Source of the DNA: Gammaproteobacteria bacterium
GTDB lineage: Bacteria > Pseudomonadota > Gammaproteobacteria > GCA-001735895
Direction of reading: 5' to 3'
Assembly (NCBI GenBank): GCA_024224415.1
Contig: JAAENK010000343.1
Coordinates: 1-47,276 of the forward strand
DNA: 47,276 bases
Shown here: piece after piece, positions 38,242-47,276 of the stretch
How the letters are laid out: every line of letters begins with the position of its first letter
Position numbering within the stretch: the first letter of the stretch is position 1
Program-made: the position numbers and the translations under genes
Notes under the pieces: generated by a model
What the model saw: only the letters and a program-made list of their open reading frames with translations
Told to the model about the DNA's origin: nothing
Databases searched by the model: none

Positions 38242-39510
38242 TTACCTATGCGCGTGATACAATTTAATAGCCAGCACAAAATTAACAAACAACAGGGCAT
38301 TTGAAGCAAAAAGACTAGTTGCCGCCAGATATACCCAATAGCTCTTAAAGACGGCGCTGATAATGCAAAGAACTGTTGCTAGTAAATGCAACCAAAATTG
38401 CACTAACATAGATTTTTTATTGATGACTTTGCTTACATTGGGGGTGTGGTTTTTTTCGCTCGGACTAACTTTGCCCGTCATCACAGGTAAACGCAGGTGC
38501 AACCAGACTAGAAAGGGAACGATCTTGTACAACATGCCATTGATGACTGAGCAGGCAAAACCAATTAGAACCACAGTCGCAATTAAAACTGAAAAATCCG
38601 TGCTGATAAAATAATGGTATATAGTCAAAGCAAACGCAAGCAACAAACTGACCAGAGACAGTTGCCAGAATCTGACAACAATATCAAAACGACGGCTGTG
38701 GCGTTTATGTAGCATATGCAGGGTTTTGCCACAATAAGTTGAAATAATTATACTGGCTGCAAACAGGGATAATTGACTCGGTAAAGCCCAGGGCGAGAAG
38801 GAGATCAGCAGGAGTAATGAAAACAAGACATAACTCAGTCGTATGTTGAACCTGGCAGGATATGGTTTGGTAGATAAAAACATTGGTAATACCTGTTCCG
38901 ATATCCCGATTAGCAATATTATTATCCAACCAGCAATGCCCCAACCTGCATGAATGTCGGTCAAACTACGATCAATTAAAATAGTATCAAAACTATACCC
39001 TGCAACCAGATACACACCGATAGCCACAGTAATGGATAGAGACAGCAGTGCAAGTCGTACTACATGAAGAGTATTCTGGATTTTTGTGGTTTTATTTATT
39101 GACCAGAAAACACTAGCTACAAACAGTACTATGACGGCGACTATTAACACCATGCCTGTGTTTAGCAAACCATGATGATTTAGCCAGAAACCGACAACCA
39201 GGTTGCTAACTCCAAGAGTAAATCCGGAATGTGTAATGCTCGCAATGCGGTTGGTGTTAGGAATTATCACTCCCATGACTACCGGCAGCATTTGAAATAA
39301 TGCCCCTAGCATCGCCATGGAGATAAAGCCAAGCGTGAATATATGGGTAATGGCGAGCGTTGATGGTAGCCAGCGGGACTGGAATAGTTCACCACCATCA
39401 ATCAACATGACTATTGCCGCTAACATGGCAAATACCGGAACGGTCATGAAAAAACGCACCGGTGTCCAGAGGCCTGGAGCATTTTCAAATGAGAGAGCCG
39501 ATTTGTTCAT
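38242..39510 (-). CDS. Polytopic (~12 TM) membrane protein, distantly NnrS-like by eye
   Basis: 422 aa and hydrophobic throughout. His-containing TM motifs ITHIFTLGFISMAMLGALFQMLPVVMG and DIHAGWGIAGWIIILLIGISEQVLPMF parallel the WHGHEMIFGFASAIATGFILTALPGWAG and IAIHAFTIGAFG motifs of the NnrS at 42169-43350. AT-rich. Confidence 0.5.
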   Translation of the reverse strand: MNKSALSFENAPGLWTPVRFFMTVPVFAMLAAIVMLIDGGELFQSRWLPSTLAITHIFTLGFISMAMLGALFQMLPVVMGVIIPNTNRIASITHSGFTLGVSNLVVGFWLNHHGLLNTGMVLIVAVIVLFVASVFWSINKTTKIQNTLHVVRLALLSLSITVAIGVYLVAGYSFDTILIDRSLTDIHAGWGIAGWIIILLIGISEQVLPMFLSTKPYPARFNIRLSYVLFSLLLLISFSPWALPSQLSLFAASIIISTYCGKTLHMLHKRHSRRFDIVVRFWQLSLVSLLLAFALTIYHYFISTDFSVLIATVVLIGFACSVINGMLYKIVPFLVWLHLRLPVMTGKVSPSEKNHTPNVSKVINKKSMLVQFWLHLLATVLCIISAVFKSYWVYLAATSLFASNALLFVNFVLAIKLYHAHR

Positions 39511-39517
39511 TGCAGGC

Positions 39518-39745
39518 TCATGTTGCAGGCTTCCAGATAGTGATCAAATAAATTTGTGCATTTTTATTATAGGAGATTGCTTTTTTCCATCCCTGTTCCT
39601 CCAGAATGGGGTATAACAATAGAGGTTCTCGCCAATGAGTAACCTCCAGTTTTTCATCAGCGGCGAGTGATTCCAGGTTGTCCAGAATCGTCTCTAATGG
39701 TTCCGGGGGTTCCATCCCCCTTACATCGATACTGCGTATGTTCAT
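39518..39745 (-). CDS. DUF2249 domain protein
   Basis: 75 aa. IDVRGMEPPEPLETILDNLESL matches the DUF2249 N-terminal signature as I remember it. Confidence 0.7.
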   Translation of the reverse strand: MNIRSIDVRGMEPPEPLETILDNLESLAADEKLEVTHWREPLLLYPILEEQGWKKAISYNKNAQIYLITIWKPAT

Positions 39746-39761
39746 TTCCTGCTATGCAGAG

Positions 39762-40199
39762 CTACTCAAAACCTGTGATTTTAGCCTTCAACTCTGGCAG
39801 GTAATCCCGCAGGGCTTCATCAGTCATTGGGTATAACATCTGTTCTTCTTTTACATTATGTTGCTGTAAAAACATGAATAGAGTCTCGGTGGTATCGAGG
39901 GCTTCATCGGTATCCTGTACAGTGATCGCATTATCGATTCTTTCGATAAGGCTTTTTATTTCGACATGCTCCCCAAGCATTACCATTACGGGGCCTCCCT
40001 GCATACCAGTTTTTTCCTGAAACATTGGGAAAAGAATCTCTTCTTCATTGGCCAGATGATCAATTATATCCTGCTTCATTTTCGCAAATTTCTCTGCACC
40101 GGTCGTCCAGTCTTCGGCATTGAGAGCCTGTTCCATTTGTTCCAGTATCGCGTCACATTCCCGGTGTTGCTTACTGAAAAATTCGGTTATTATCGTCAT
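39762..40199 (-). CDS. Hemerythrin (HHE cation-binding) domain protein
   Basis: 145 aa with His/Glu ligand spacing: HRECDAIL, HLANEEEILFP, EHVEIKSL and HNVKEEQMLYP. Confidence 0.8.
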   Translation of the reverse strand: MTIITEFFSKQHRECDAILEQMEQALNAEDWTTGAEKFAKMKQDIIDHLANEEEILFPMFQEKTGMQGGPVMVMLGEHVEIKSLIERIDNAITVQDTDEALDTTETLFMFLQQHNVKEEQMLYPMTDEALRDYLPELKAKITGFE

Positions 40200-40461
40200 C
40201 TAGATTACCAGTTTGAAAATTGGCGGGAAGCAGCGCAGTTTATTGTAATTAATGATTTCTTTCCATCTCTGAATTACTGTAGAGGATCGGGAATACCTTG
40301 ATTTTGATACAGATTAAAAACAATCATTGTCGTCAGTGATATAAGAATTTGCAGAAAAATATTTTTCAACTCTTCTATCATTACTGTAAATAGTCGAATC
40401 CATGGGCTGATACAATTAGCAGTAAAATTATGGATTCTATTGAAAATAATAAGAGAATACG

Positions 40462-40839
40462 ATGATTCAGGAAACCATTAGCGGTTTTGGGAATTTCGAG
40501 TTTTATGATAAGTACTTTATTGGTCGCATCTACGAGGGAGTGAATGCGGGCAATGAATTTGTAGATCACCTAACAGATCTAATCCAGAAACATTACTCCG
40601 GTCGACCCATTATTTATATTAGCGACAGGATTAATTCTTACTCTCTTGATGTGGTAGCAACTACAGACCTGATTCGTCGCAATAAAATTCACTTTTCTGC
40701 GATTGTAGCCTATACACCCATACAGGAAGAATTGTATTCATACGAAAAGAAGTGCATAGAGGGAACTGATATTTATTTATTTTCGAATTTGGATGCTGCC
40801 TTGTCCTGGGCAAAGCAAAAGGCCTTAGAAATGGACTAA
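40462..40839 (+). CDS. Hypothetical protein, possibly a STAS/SpoIIAA-like fold
   Basis: 125-aa ORF in a very AT-rich stretch with a weak Shine-Dalgarno. The C-terminal pattern ...IYLFSNLDAALSWAKQ resembles STAS-like small proteins. This is a tentative call. Confidence 0.35.
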   Translation: MIQETISGFGNFEFYDKYFIGRIYEGVNAGNEFVDHLTDLIQKHYSGRPIIYISDRINSYSLDVVATTDLIRRNKIHFSAIVAYTPIQEELYSYEKKCIEGTDIYLFSNLDAALSWAKQKALEMD

Positions 40840-40893
40840 TGAAAATGTTACATCTTCATTATTCAAAGCTGGAAGAAGATAACTACTGATTTT

Positions 40894-40922
40894 TTAACAC
40901 CCACGGCCATGCCTGTTACAAT
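40894..40922 (+). promoter_or_regulatory. Candidate sigma70 promoter for the OYE gene
   Basis: TTAACA (40894-40899), 17-nt spacer, TACAAT (40917-40922). An ATCAA-N7-TTGAT inverted repeat (40921-40937) overlaps the -10 hexamer. A GAGGG Shine-Dalgarno precedes the ATG at 40953. Confidence 0.5.
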
Positions 40923-40952
40923 CAACCAAATTTTGATCAGTTTGAGGGCTTT

Positions 40953-42107
40953 ATGTCTGCACTATTCGCACCTGTAACCATTCGCGGAGTTACGTTTCCT
41001 AATCGAATTGCAGTTTCACCGTTATGTATGTACTCGGCGATAGATGGCGTTGCTCAACCCTGGCATTTTGCGCACCTGAGTACTTTTGCTCGTGGTAAAG
41101 CCGGGCTGATTTTTTCCGAGGCGATTGCAGTTGAAGCCATTGGGCGTATTACGCCGCATTGCCTGGGTATATGGACGGAGGCTCAGGTAGACGTACTCAA
41201 GCCGATTACCGCATTTATCGACGAGATGGATTGCGTACCCGCGATTCAATTATCCCATGCCGGGCGCAAGGCGTCGACGGCGGCTCCATTTCTTGGTGGA
41301 AAACCCCTGGTGCAGGATGATCCACAGGCCTGGCCAGTGGTCGGGCCGAGTGCTGCTTCGGCCGGGCCAGGTTTCCCCGTTCCGCACGAACTAAGCGTGG
41401 CCGAAATCCAGCGACTCGTCGATACTTTCGCTCTGGCGGCAGAACGGTCGATCCGGGCAGGTTTCAGGGTTATCGAATTGCACGGTGCGCACGGGTACCT
41501 CATTAACAGTTTTCTATCCCCAATCTCGAATTTGCGTGAGGATGCCTACGGTGGCGATATTCACGGGCGTATGCGCTTCGCACTGGAAGTCGCACGAGCT
41601 ACCCGTGCTGTTGTGGGCGAGGAAATGCCACTATTTTTTCGTATCTCTGCGGTTGATGGGGGCGAAGGTGGATGGACGATGGATGATTCCGTTATCCTGG
41701 CGAGTGAACTGGGTAAATGTGGAATTGATGTGGTCGACTGCTCCTCTGGCGGGATCAGTGGTGCACCTCGATTCAGGTCTGATGACGATGGTAAACCTTT
41801 GAATAAGGATTCTGCTCGGGCACCGGGGTTTCAGGTACCCTATGCCGAGCGAATCCGCAAAGAAACCGATGTAATGACGATGGCTGTCGGTGTGATTGTG
41901 GATCCACATCAAGCAGAAGAAATTATCCAAAATGGCAGGGCAGATTTTGCCGCATTGGGGCGGGAGATTATGCATGACCCATTTTGGCCTTTGCATGCAG
42001 CAGAAGCACTGGGTGTCGACCCGGACTTCAAAATGTGGCCAAAACAATACGGCTGGGCAGTCGACCGGCGTGCACAAATCACTGCTTTGAATCAAAAGGA
42101 TGAATAA
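40953..42107 (+). CDS. NADH:flavin oxidoreductase, Old Yellow Enzyme family
   Basis: FPNRIAVSPLCMY, IQLSHAGRK, ELHGAHGYLINSFLSP and GRADFAALGRE motifs; 384 aa. Confidence 0.9.
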   Translation: MSALFAPVTIRGVTFPNRIAVSPLCMYSAIDGVAQPWHFAHLSTFARGKAGLIFSEAIAVEAIGRITPHCLGIWTEAQVDVLKPITAFIDEMDCVPAIQLSHAGRKASTAAPFLGGKPLVQDDPQAWPVVGPSAASAGPGFPVPHELSVAEIQRLVDTFALAAERSIRAGFRVIELHGAHGYLINSFLSPISNLREDAYGGDIHGRMRFALEVARATRAVVGEEMPLFFRISAVDGGEGGWTMDDSVILASELGKCGIDVVDCSSGGISGAPRFRSDDDGKPLNKDSARAPGFQVPYAERIRKETDVMTMAVGVIVDPHQAEEIIQNGRADFAALGREIMHDPFWPLHAAEALGVDPDFKMWPKQYGWAVDRRAQITALNQKDE

Positions 42108-42168
42108 GCAGTAACGGCTAAATGATCAGTCAGAATCCCGAGCCCCTACGGAACAGTGAATTTAATAG

Positions 42169-43350
42169 TCAGTTATTAGGCAAACTCGGCCTGATCAACA
42201 TAGGCCCAAAACAAACCAAATACAAAATCCAGCACAGTGACCAGAGCAAGCCGGATAAAAGCATCAAGGGCATTTCAAATATTGACAGTCCCGCCAGCAA
42301 GCGAGTGATGGCAGCTATCGGCATCATCCAGAAAGCAATTGTTATCAGTCCTGGAGGATTGAGTGCTCTACCTGTATGTTTTAACACAACACGGGTCATC
42401 AAGCTTAGTTTCATCATGCCGAATGCGCCAATGGTGAATGCATGAATGGCGATATCGGTTGTCCAGCTGCTGTAATATTCTCCCAGACCTCTCAATAAAA
42501 AAGTTAGCACTAGCCAGCAATATCCTAACTGCATTAATAAAACCAATGGGTCTTGCAATGCTAACCAGCCACGCCACCTGAATACTCTGTAAAAATGCAC
42601 AAGCAGTGCAAGCAATGCAGCGGCTAAACCCCAAAATGGATTGACAGATACCAACCCCGTTAAGGCAAATAGCAGGACTGTCACTATAGCCATGATTTCC
42701 AGTGGTGGCAGAAACTGGTACTTGCCACCCTGACCCTTTGTACGAAGATAGTTATAGGTAAATATAGGTGTAAGAAAACCACCAATAAATGTGAACATAA
42801 TCATCAGGCTATAAACTGACAGATTGACCCCTTGCCATGCCAGTTCCATGTGCCCCTGAGACACGCCGGAATAAAACACAATATTCGCAATAATGAATCC
42901 TGCGAGTATGGGCAGCAGAAGTAGATAAAGTTTATTACGAGCAGCCAGTAAACCAGGAGCGATTATTATGGCTAATAAAACAAAAAGCAGGCTGTCTATG
43001 CTGGCGGCAACCAGGATGGCATCAAGGGGTAGACACCAAAAAACCAGCCGACCGGCAAGCCAGACTGCGGTTAGTAGCATGAGACGTGCTCCGCCTATTT
43101 CCTCTGTTCCTGCCCAGCCTGGGAGCGCGGTTAAAATAAACCCGGTAGCAATGGCTGAGGCGAAACCAAAAATCATTTCATGCCCGTGCCAGAGGAAAAC
43201 TGGGAGTGTTGACGGCGCAGGTAACAGCTCGCTATAAACCGCCAGCGTGTAGAGCATCAGCAAGGGGCCATAAATAATCGCAAGCAAATAAAAAGGGCGG
43301 AACCCACTGTGCCAGACAGGTGCGCCCGAATTATCGATAACGTCCGTCAT
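42169..43350 (-). CDS. nnrS: NnrS family heme-copper membrane protein
   Basis: 393 aa with ~12 TM segments and the NnrS signature WHGHEMIFGF. Its ATG overlaps the upstream thioesterase stop (ATGA). Confidence 0.85.
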   Translation of the reverse strand: MTDVIDNSGAPVWHSGFRPFYLLAIIYGPLLMLYTLAVYSELLPAPSTLPVFLWHGHEMIFGFASAIATGFILTALPGWAGTEEIGGARLMLLTAVWLAGRLVFWCLPLDAILVAASIDSLLFVLLAIIIAPGLLAARNKLYLLLLPILAGFIIANIVFYSGVSQGHMELAWQGVNLSVYSLMIMFTFIGGFLTPIFTYNYLRTKGQGGKYQFLPPLEIMAIVTVLLFALTGLVSVNPFWGLAAALLALLVHFYRVFRWRGWLALQDPLVLLMQLGYCWLVLTFLLRGLGEYYSSWTTDIAIHAFTIGAFGMMKLSLMTRVVLKHTGRALNPPGLITIAFWMMPIAAITRLLAGLSIFEMPLMLLSGLLWSLCWILYLVCFGPMLIRPSLPNN

Positions 43351-43832
43351 TCCTCGAGCTTTTTATAGCCTGCTTCCTGTTCAATGTCTGTCTCCAGATG
43401 ATTCAGCTGGCCGGTCTCTGTGAGAGCGCGACGCATATGATCGGGGATAATGGCAGAATTAAGTTCGCCACTGTCATCAATACGAGCATAAACACGAGTT
43501 GCCTTTCCTTCAGTAATGTCGGCTCCAGTTACTGCGTTTCGGGCTTTGCAGTTCCAGTGCAGGGTTCGTTCTCCAATTTCGGTAAGTGTAATAGTGGTTG
43601 CTACACGATCACCATAAGCGGCCGGGCCGATAAAACGAAAATGAACCTCACCCATGACAAAAGTGGTTTTTTCGTTTCTGATCATTTCATCGATTGGATA
43701 ACCGATGGTACGAAAAAACTCATGCTCAGTTTCATTAAACCAGGCAACAATTCGGGGATAATAAACCAACCCGAACGGGTCTGACTCACCCCAGTCAACG
43801 GTAATTTCTTTCCAGTACATCGCGGAATCCAT
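43347..43832 (-). CDS. Acyl-CoA thioesterase, 4HBT/YbgC-like hotdog fold
   Basis: 161 aa. VDWGESDPFGLVYYPRIVAWFNETEHEFF is typical of 4HBT-type thioesterases. Confidence 0.75.
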   Translation of the reverse strand: MDSAMYWKEITVDWGESDPFGLVYYPRIVAWFNETEHEFFRTIGYPIDEMIRNEKTTFVMGEVHFRFIGPAAYGDRVATTITLTEIGERTLHWNCKARNAVTGADITEGKATRVYARIDDSGELNSAIIPDHMRRALTETGQLNHLETDIEQEAGYKKLEE

Positions 43833-43933
43833 AATACTTAATCTCTATAAGTTAGTTTTGGTTAGTTAACCTATATTACTGGTGATTAAGAATCTATGGA
43901 AGACACCTCTAGTTTCAAACAGGCAGCATCCAA

Positions 43934-45130
43934 TCACCCATAAACAAAACCACCCTCTAACAAAACCTGGAGCTCAGCCTCGGAATATCCAGCCTCCAGC
44001 ATTAACTCCTGAGTATGCTCACCATATTTTGGCGGGAACGACAGAGTTGTCTTACCATCATCACGATCTACTGCGTTGGGTTGCATGCGGATTTCTCTGC
44101 CATCATCCGGGAGTTGCGTGCGGGTGAGCTTGCTTTTAATGGCATCCATCGCGGCTACCTGAGGGATGGTGTTTATTGGAGCGTGAGGGATTGTGGCCTG
44201 GGCGAAATCGGTGGTGAGTTCTTCGGTGCTGAAGTTGACGCTGATACCGGCTATCTCTTTTTGAATGGACTCGCGCTCCTGATGTCTGCCATCATTTGTG
44301 CGTCGCATTTGGTTGGCGATGCTATCAAATTTTGTTATCTCAGTGAGTCGTTGCCATTGCACATCATTACCGATTGCGACAAAGATAAAGCCGTCGGAAG
44401 TAGGGTAAGCATTGGTGGGAATAAACTTGCGATGCTCGTTACCGCAGCGGGTTATCTCGGAATAGTCGCAGTCAAAATCCAGCAGCGGCAGTGTGGTGAT
44501 AAGCCATGAGGCGGCGGCCTGCAGCATTGATATGTTGATAGCCTGACCGCTACCAGTCTCGGCACGTTCAGCCAGCGCCAGACAAACACCGGCGTAAACT
44601 TCATCGCCAGCTTTCAGATCAATCAGGGGAACCCCCGTCAAAGTTGGTGGCCCTGATCTCTCACCGGAGAGTTCCATGTATCCGGCCATTGCCTGAATTG
44701 CTGGATCATAACCGGGTACCATTGGGTAGTCGGGACCCATAGCCGAGATGCCGGCCCAGATAATATCCGGCTTAATTGCTTTGAGAGTTTCATAATCGAT
44801 GCCCATCGCCTCATATCGACCCGGCAGGGTGTTGCAGCAAAATATATCAATGTCGAGTTCTCTGATAATACGGTGTAAGGCGGCACGTCCTTCCGGTTCT
44901 TTGAGATTCAGGGCAATTGACTGTTTGCCGACATTGGGGGCGATAAAATAACTACGTCTGTCGTCGTCAGCCACTGTAGCACCGATATACCGGTTGGGAT
45001 CACCCGGTAGTGACTCACCGCGTGGAGTAGATTCGATACGGATTACGCGCCAGCCGAGTTGTGCAAAACGTAGTGTTGCATAGGGCATGGACAGAGCTTG
45101 TTCCAAAGACAGAATAGTGCGTTGTTTCAT
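43934..45130 (-). CDS. Family III CoA-transferase (CaiB/BaiF family)
   Basis: 398 aa. The N-terminal [19 protein letters not shown]...GD pattern and overall length fit the CaiB/BaiF family. Confidence 0.8.
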   Translation of the reverse strand: MKQRTILSLEQALSMPYATLRFAQLGWRVIRIESTPRGESLPGDPNRYIGATVADDDRRSYFIAPNVGKQSIALNLKEPEGRAALHRIIRELDIDIFCCNTLPGRYEAMGIDYETLKAIKPDIIWAGISAMGPDYPMVPGYDPAIQAMAGYMELSGERSGPPTLTGVPLIDLKAGDEVYAGVCLALAERAETGSGQAINISMLQAAASWLITTLPLLDFDCDYSEITRCGNEHRKFIPTNAYPTSDGFIFVAIGNDVQWQRLTEITKFDSIANQMRRTNDGRHQERESIQKEIAGISVNFSTEELTTDFAQATIPHAPINTIPQVAAMDAIKSKLTRTQLPDDGREIRMQPNAVDRDDGKTTLSFPPKYGEHTQELMLEAGYSEAELQVLLEGGFVYG

Positions 45131-45142
45131 GGCTAGCAGCCT

Positions 45143-47276
45143 TTAAAAACTTGGTTTGTTAGAAGCGCCATGCAATGCTCGATAAACTTTCTCCGGGGTA
45201 AATGGTGCTTCGTATAGCCGCACTCCGGTAGCGTTGTAAATAGCATTGGCAACTGCAGCAGCTATACAAATAGAGGGAGCCTCACCTACTCCTTTGGCAC
45301 CCTGGGGACCTTCACCGTCCATAGTCTCGATAAAGTGCAGGTCCATTTCAGGGATTTCTGGCGCGGTTATTAATTTGTAATCACGAAAATTGGGATTGAT
45401 ACAATGACCACCTTCAATCATTAAATCTTCGGTGAGGGCATAACCCTGACCCATGACAATGCCGCCTTCAATCTGACCTTCGATACCGAGTTGGTTCAGT
45501 ACTCGCCCGACATCGTGTGCAGCGGTGCATTTTAACAGGCGTACCATACCAGTGTCGGTGTCGACTTCTACTTCAACCACCTGAGTAGCCCAGGCATAAG
45601 CTGCTGAGACGTCGCCTTTGAAACCTTTATCCTGATGAACACTCGGGGGTTCGTAATAATAAGACGTAGTGATTAGTTCGGCCCTGTCTCTAAAATGCAG
45701 TGAGCGCAGCATTTTGTCCATCGGCATCACAATTTCACCGCTATCTTCTTTCACAATGCAGGCACCGCGAAGACCTAGCTGTGGGACTGGTATGTCGGTT
45801 ATTGTCGATGCAGCATTGAGTATTTTCTCTTTGGCCAGGCGAGCAGCACCGATGGCTGAGTTGCCGGCAATAAAGGTCGTACGGCTGGCATGTACGCCGA
45901 CATCCCATGGAGTTATATCGGTGTCGTTGTTCACCACGGTTATTGCCGAGAGCGGTACGCCGAGTTCCTCGCCAACCAACTGTGAAAGCACCGTTTCTGA
46001 ACCCTGTCCAATCTCCGACGCACCTGTCATCAGAGTTATGTGACCGAAGTCGTCTAGCTTAAGGATGGTGCCGCAGCCATCCGATGGATAGATTTTTGCT
46101 CCACCGCCGACGTGTAGCATAGACGCCAGGCCGACTCCTCGTTTGACCGGGTTACCGTTATCACGAGCAGCCAGGTTAGCAAGCCGCTGCTGGCTGAAAC
46201 CGCTTTGTTCGGTCGCGGTTGTCAGGCACGCCTTAAAACCACAGGTTTTAAAATGCATACCCTGTCCCGTAGTCTCTCCAGCTTCCTGTGCGTTTTTCAT
46301 GCGAAATTCCAGTGGATCCATCTTGATGGCTTCAGCAAGCTTGTCCATATGCGCTTCAACCGAGAAGGTGGCCTGCAAATTACCATAGCCTCGGAAAGAA
46401 CCGGCGTAGGGGTTATTGGTGTATACCGTTTCAGTGTGGTACTTGCAGTGGGGTACGCGGTAAAGTGATGAAAAGGTTTGCATCATCACAAATGGAATTG
46501 TGGCGCCCCACGAGGTATAGGCGCCGTTGTCGAGTAGCGAATCAAGGGTGCGAAAGGTGAGTGTACCGTCTTTTTTCGCACCACTGCGCAGGCGCAGATA
46601 TGCGGGTTGTCGCGTAGGTGAAGCCAGGAATTCCTCCTCACGACTAAAGATCATCTTTACCGGTCGGCGAGCTTTTTGTGCCAGGTATACAGCGATTGGT
46701 TCGAAAGGATAAATATCCAGTTTGGAACCGAAACCACCACCGATTGGTGGTTGAATGATGCGGATTCGGTTAGGATCCATGCCGAGTACGCTGGCAAATT
46801 CACGCTTATGCAAGAAGGGCACCTGGGTATTGGAATAAAGTGTCAGGTTACCCGAGGTAGTGTCAAAATCGGCGATGACGCCGCTCACCCCCATGCAACA
46901 GTGGGTGACATAGTGCAGCTTGAAAACATCTTCAACAACAATATCGGACTCTGCCTCACCCTGTGCTACATCACCATGGCCATAATCAAATTCCATGGAA
47001 AGGTTGTCGGGCTTGTGTTCCTGAATGACAGTGGCACCTGGCTTGCGGGATGCACGTGGATCAAAAATGCAGGGTAAGTCCTCGTATTCGACTTTGATCA
47101 GTGAAAGCGCCCGGGTTGCAATTTCTTCGGTTTCTGCGGCTATTGCTGCAATTTCATCGCGCTCGCAACGTACCTTATCGCCCTTTAGAGGAGGGTTGTC
47201 TTTGGTGACTCCCAGCGGTTTATTGGGTACATCGCTAGCGGTGATCACCGCGTGAACTCCTGCGAGTGCTTCGGCT
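45143..47276 (-). CDS. Xanthine dehydrogenase/aldehyde oxidase-family molybdopterin-binding large subunit, 5' end outside the window
   Basis: More than 710 aa in frame to the window edge. Motifs: GGGFGSK, the GSFRGYG-type block, and GVGEAPSICIAAAVANAI near the C-terminus. The N-terminus and any FeS/FAD subunits lie beyond 47276. Confidence 0.85.
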   Translation of the reverse strand, partial: AEALAGVHAVITASDVPNKPLGVTKDNPPLKGDKVRCERDEIAAIAAETEEIATRALSLIKVEYEDLPCIFDPRASRKPGATVIQEHKPDNLSMEFDYGHGDVAQGEAESDIVVEDVFKLHYVTHCCMGVSGVIADFDTTSGNLTLYSNTQVPFLHKREFASVLGMDPNRIRIIQPPIGGGFGSKLDIYPFEPIAVYLAQKARRPVKMIFSREEEFLASPTRQPAYLRLRSGAKKDGTLTFRTLDSLLDNGAYTSWGATIPFVMMQTFSSLYRVPHCKYHTETVYTNNPYAGSFRGYGNLQATFSVEAHMDKLAEAIKMDPLEFRMKNAQEAGETTGQGMHFKTCGFKACLTTATEQSGFSQQRLANLAARDNGNPVKRGVGLASMLHVGGGAKIYPSDGCGTILKLDDFGHITLMTGASEIGQGSETVLSQLVGEELGVPLSAITVVNNDTDITPWDVGVHASRTTFIAGNSAIGAARLAKEKILNAASTITDIPVPQLGLRGACIVKEDSGEIVMPMDKMLRSLHFRDRAELITTSYYYEPPSVHQDKGFKGDVSAAYAWATQVVEVEVDTDTGMVRLLKCTAAHDVGRVLNQLGIEGQIEGGIVMGQGYALTEDLMIEGGHCINPNFRDYKLITAPEIPEMDLHFIETMDGEGPQGAKGVGEAPSICIAAAVANAIYNATGVRLYEAPFTPEKVYRALHGASNKPSF

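Noticed and set aside
40298-40311. FNR/Dnr/NnrR-type box upstream of the hemerythrin operon
   Set aside because: TTGAT-TTTG-ATACA matches only 8 of 10 consensus positions. It reads equally well as a direct TTGAT-T-TTGAT repeat in AT-rich DNA. I mention it only as a weak hint inside a finding.
1-47276. Scan for CRISPR arrays, IS elements or transposases, integrases, tRNA/rRNA genes, toxin-antitoxin pairs and known defence genes
   Set aside because: I found no direct-repeat/spacer periodicity, no DDE, tyrosine or serine recombinase-like ORFs, and no tRNA-like cloverleaf candidates in the intergenic regions. This was a visual scan, so small or degenerate elements could have been missed.

Overview
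47.3-kb chromosomal segment that looks gammaproteobacterial, because the argH / algZ-algR / hemC-hemD-hemX-hemY order is the Pseudomonas-type arrangement. I call about 42 protein-coding genes. I recognised no rRNA, tRNA, CRISPR array, transposase, integrase or phage genes. All family calls come from reading motifs in the translations; nothing was searched or computed. Layout: (1) 0.1-8 kb, a URO-D-like gene, then a visibly AT-rich patch (LysE exporter and a secreted orphan), a VIT-vWA surface protein, a divergent HTH regulator, and a monocistronic DUF6602-like protein with a long proline-rich tail. (2) 8-16 kb, an lldD-like dehydrogenase, an AttEFGH-like ABC exporter with a secreted lipocalin/CrtC-like protein, a sulfatase and an esterase. 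(3) 16-23.5 kb, housekeeping argH, algZR and hemCDXY. (4) 23.5-29.5 kb, a methyltransferase, a GFA protein coupled to a choline sulfatase, ada, a YdjM-like hydrolase, and a PaaI thioesterase followed by a SET-domain protein. (5) 29.5-38.2 kb, a tightly coupled nfeD-SPFH-(hydroxyacyl-CoA dehydrogenase/enoyl-CoA hydratase)-MeaB-like unit, convergent with iorB and an unusual IorA::GltD-like fusion, plus a divergent Lrp regulator. (6) 38.2-47.3 kb, a hemerythrin-DUF2249-NnrS-like membrane protein operon, an AT-rich orphan, an OYE flavoenzyme, and an operon running Mo-hydroxylase, CoA-transferase, thioesterase, NnrS. I see no clear-cut novel system such as a defence, secretion or mobile module. The best candidates for follow-up are the DUF6602-like/proline-rich protein, the VIT-vWA protein whose sorting tail is not LPXTG, the nfeD-SPFH operon extended with acyl-CoA enzymes, the IorA::GltD-like fusion, and the two NnrS-type loci. 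All of these are of moderate interest only.
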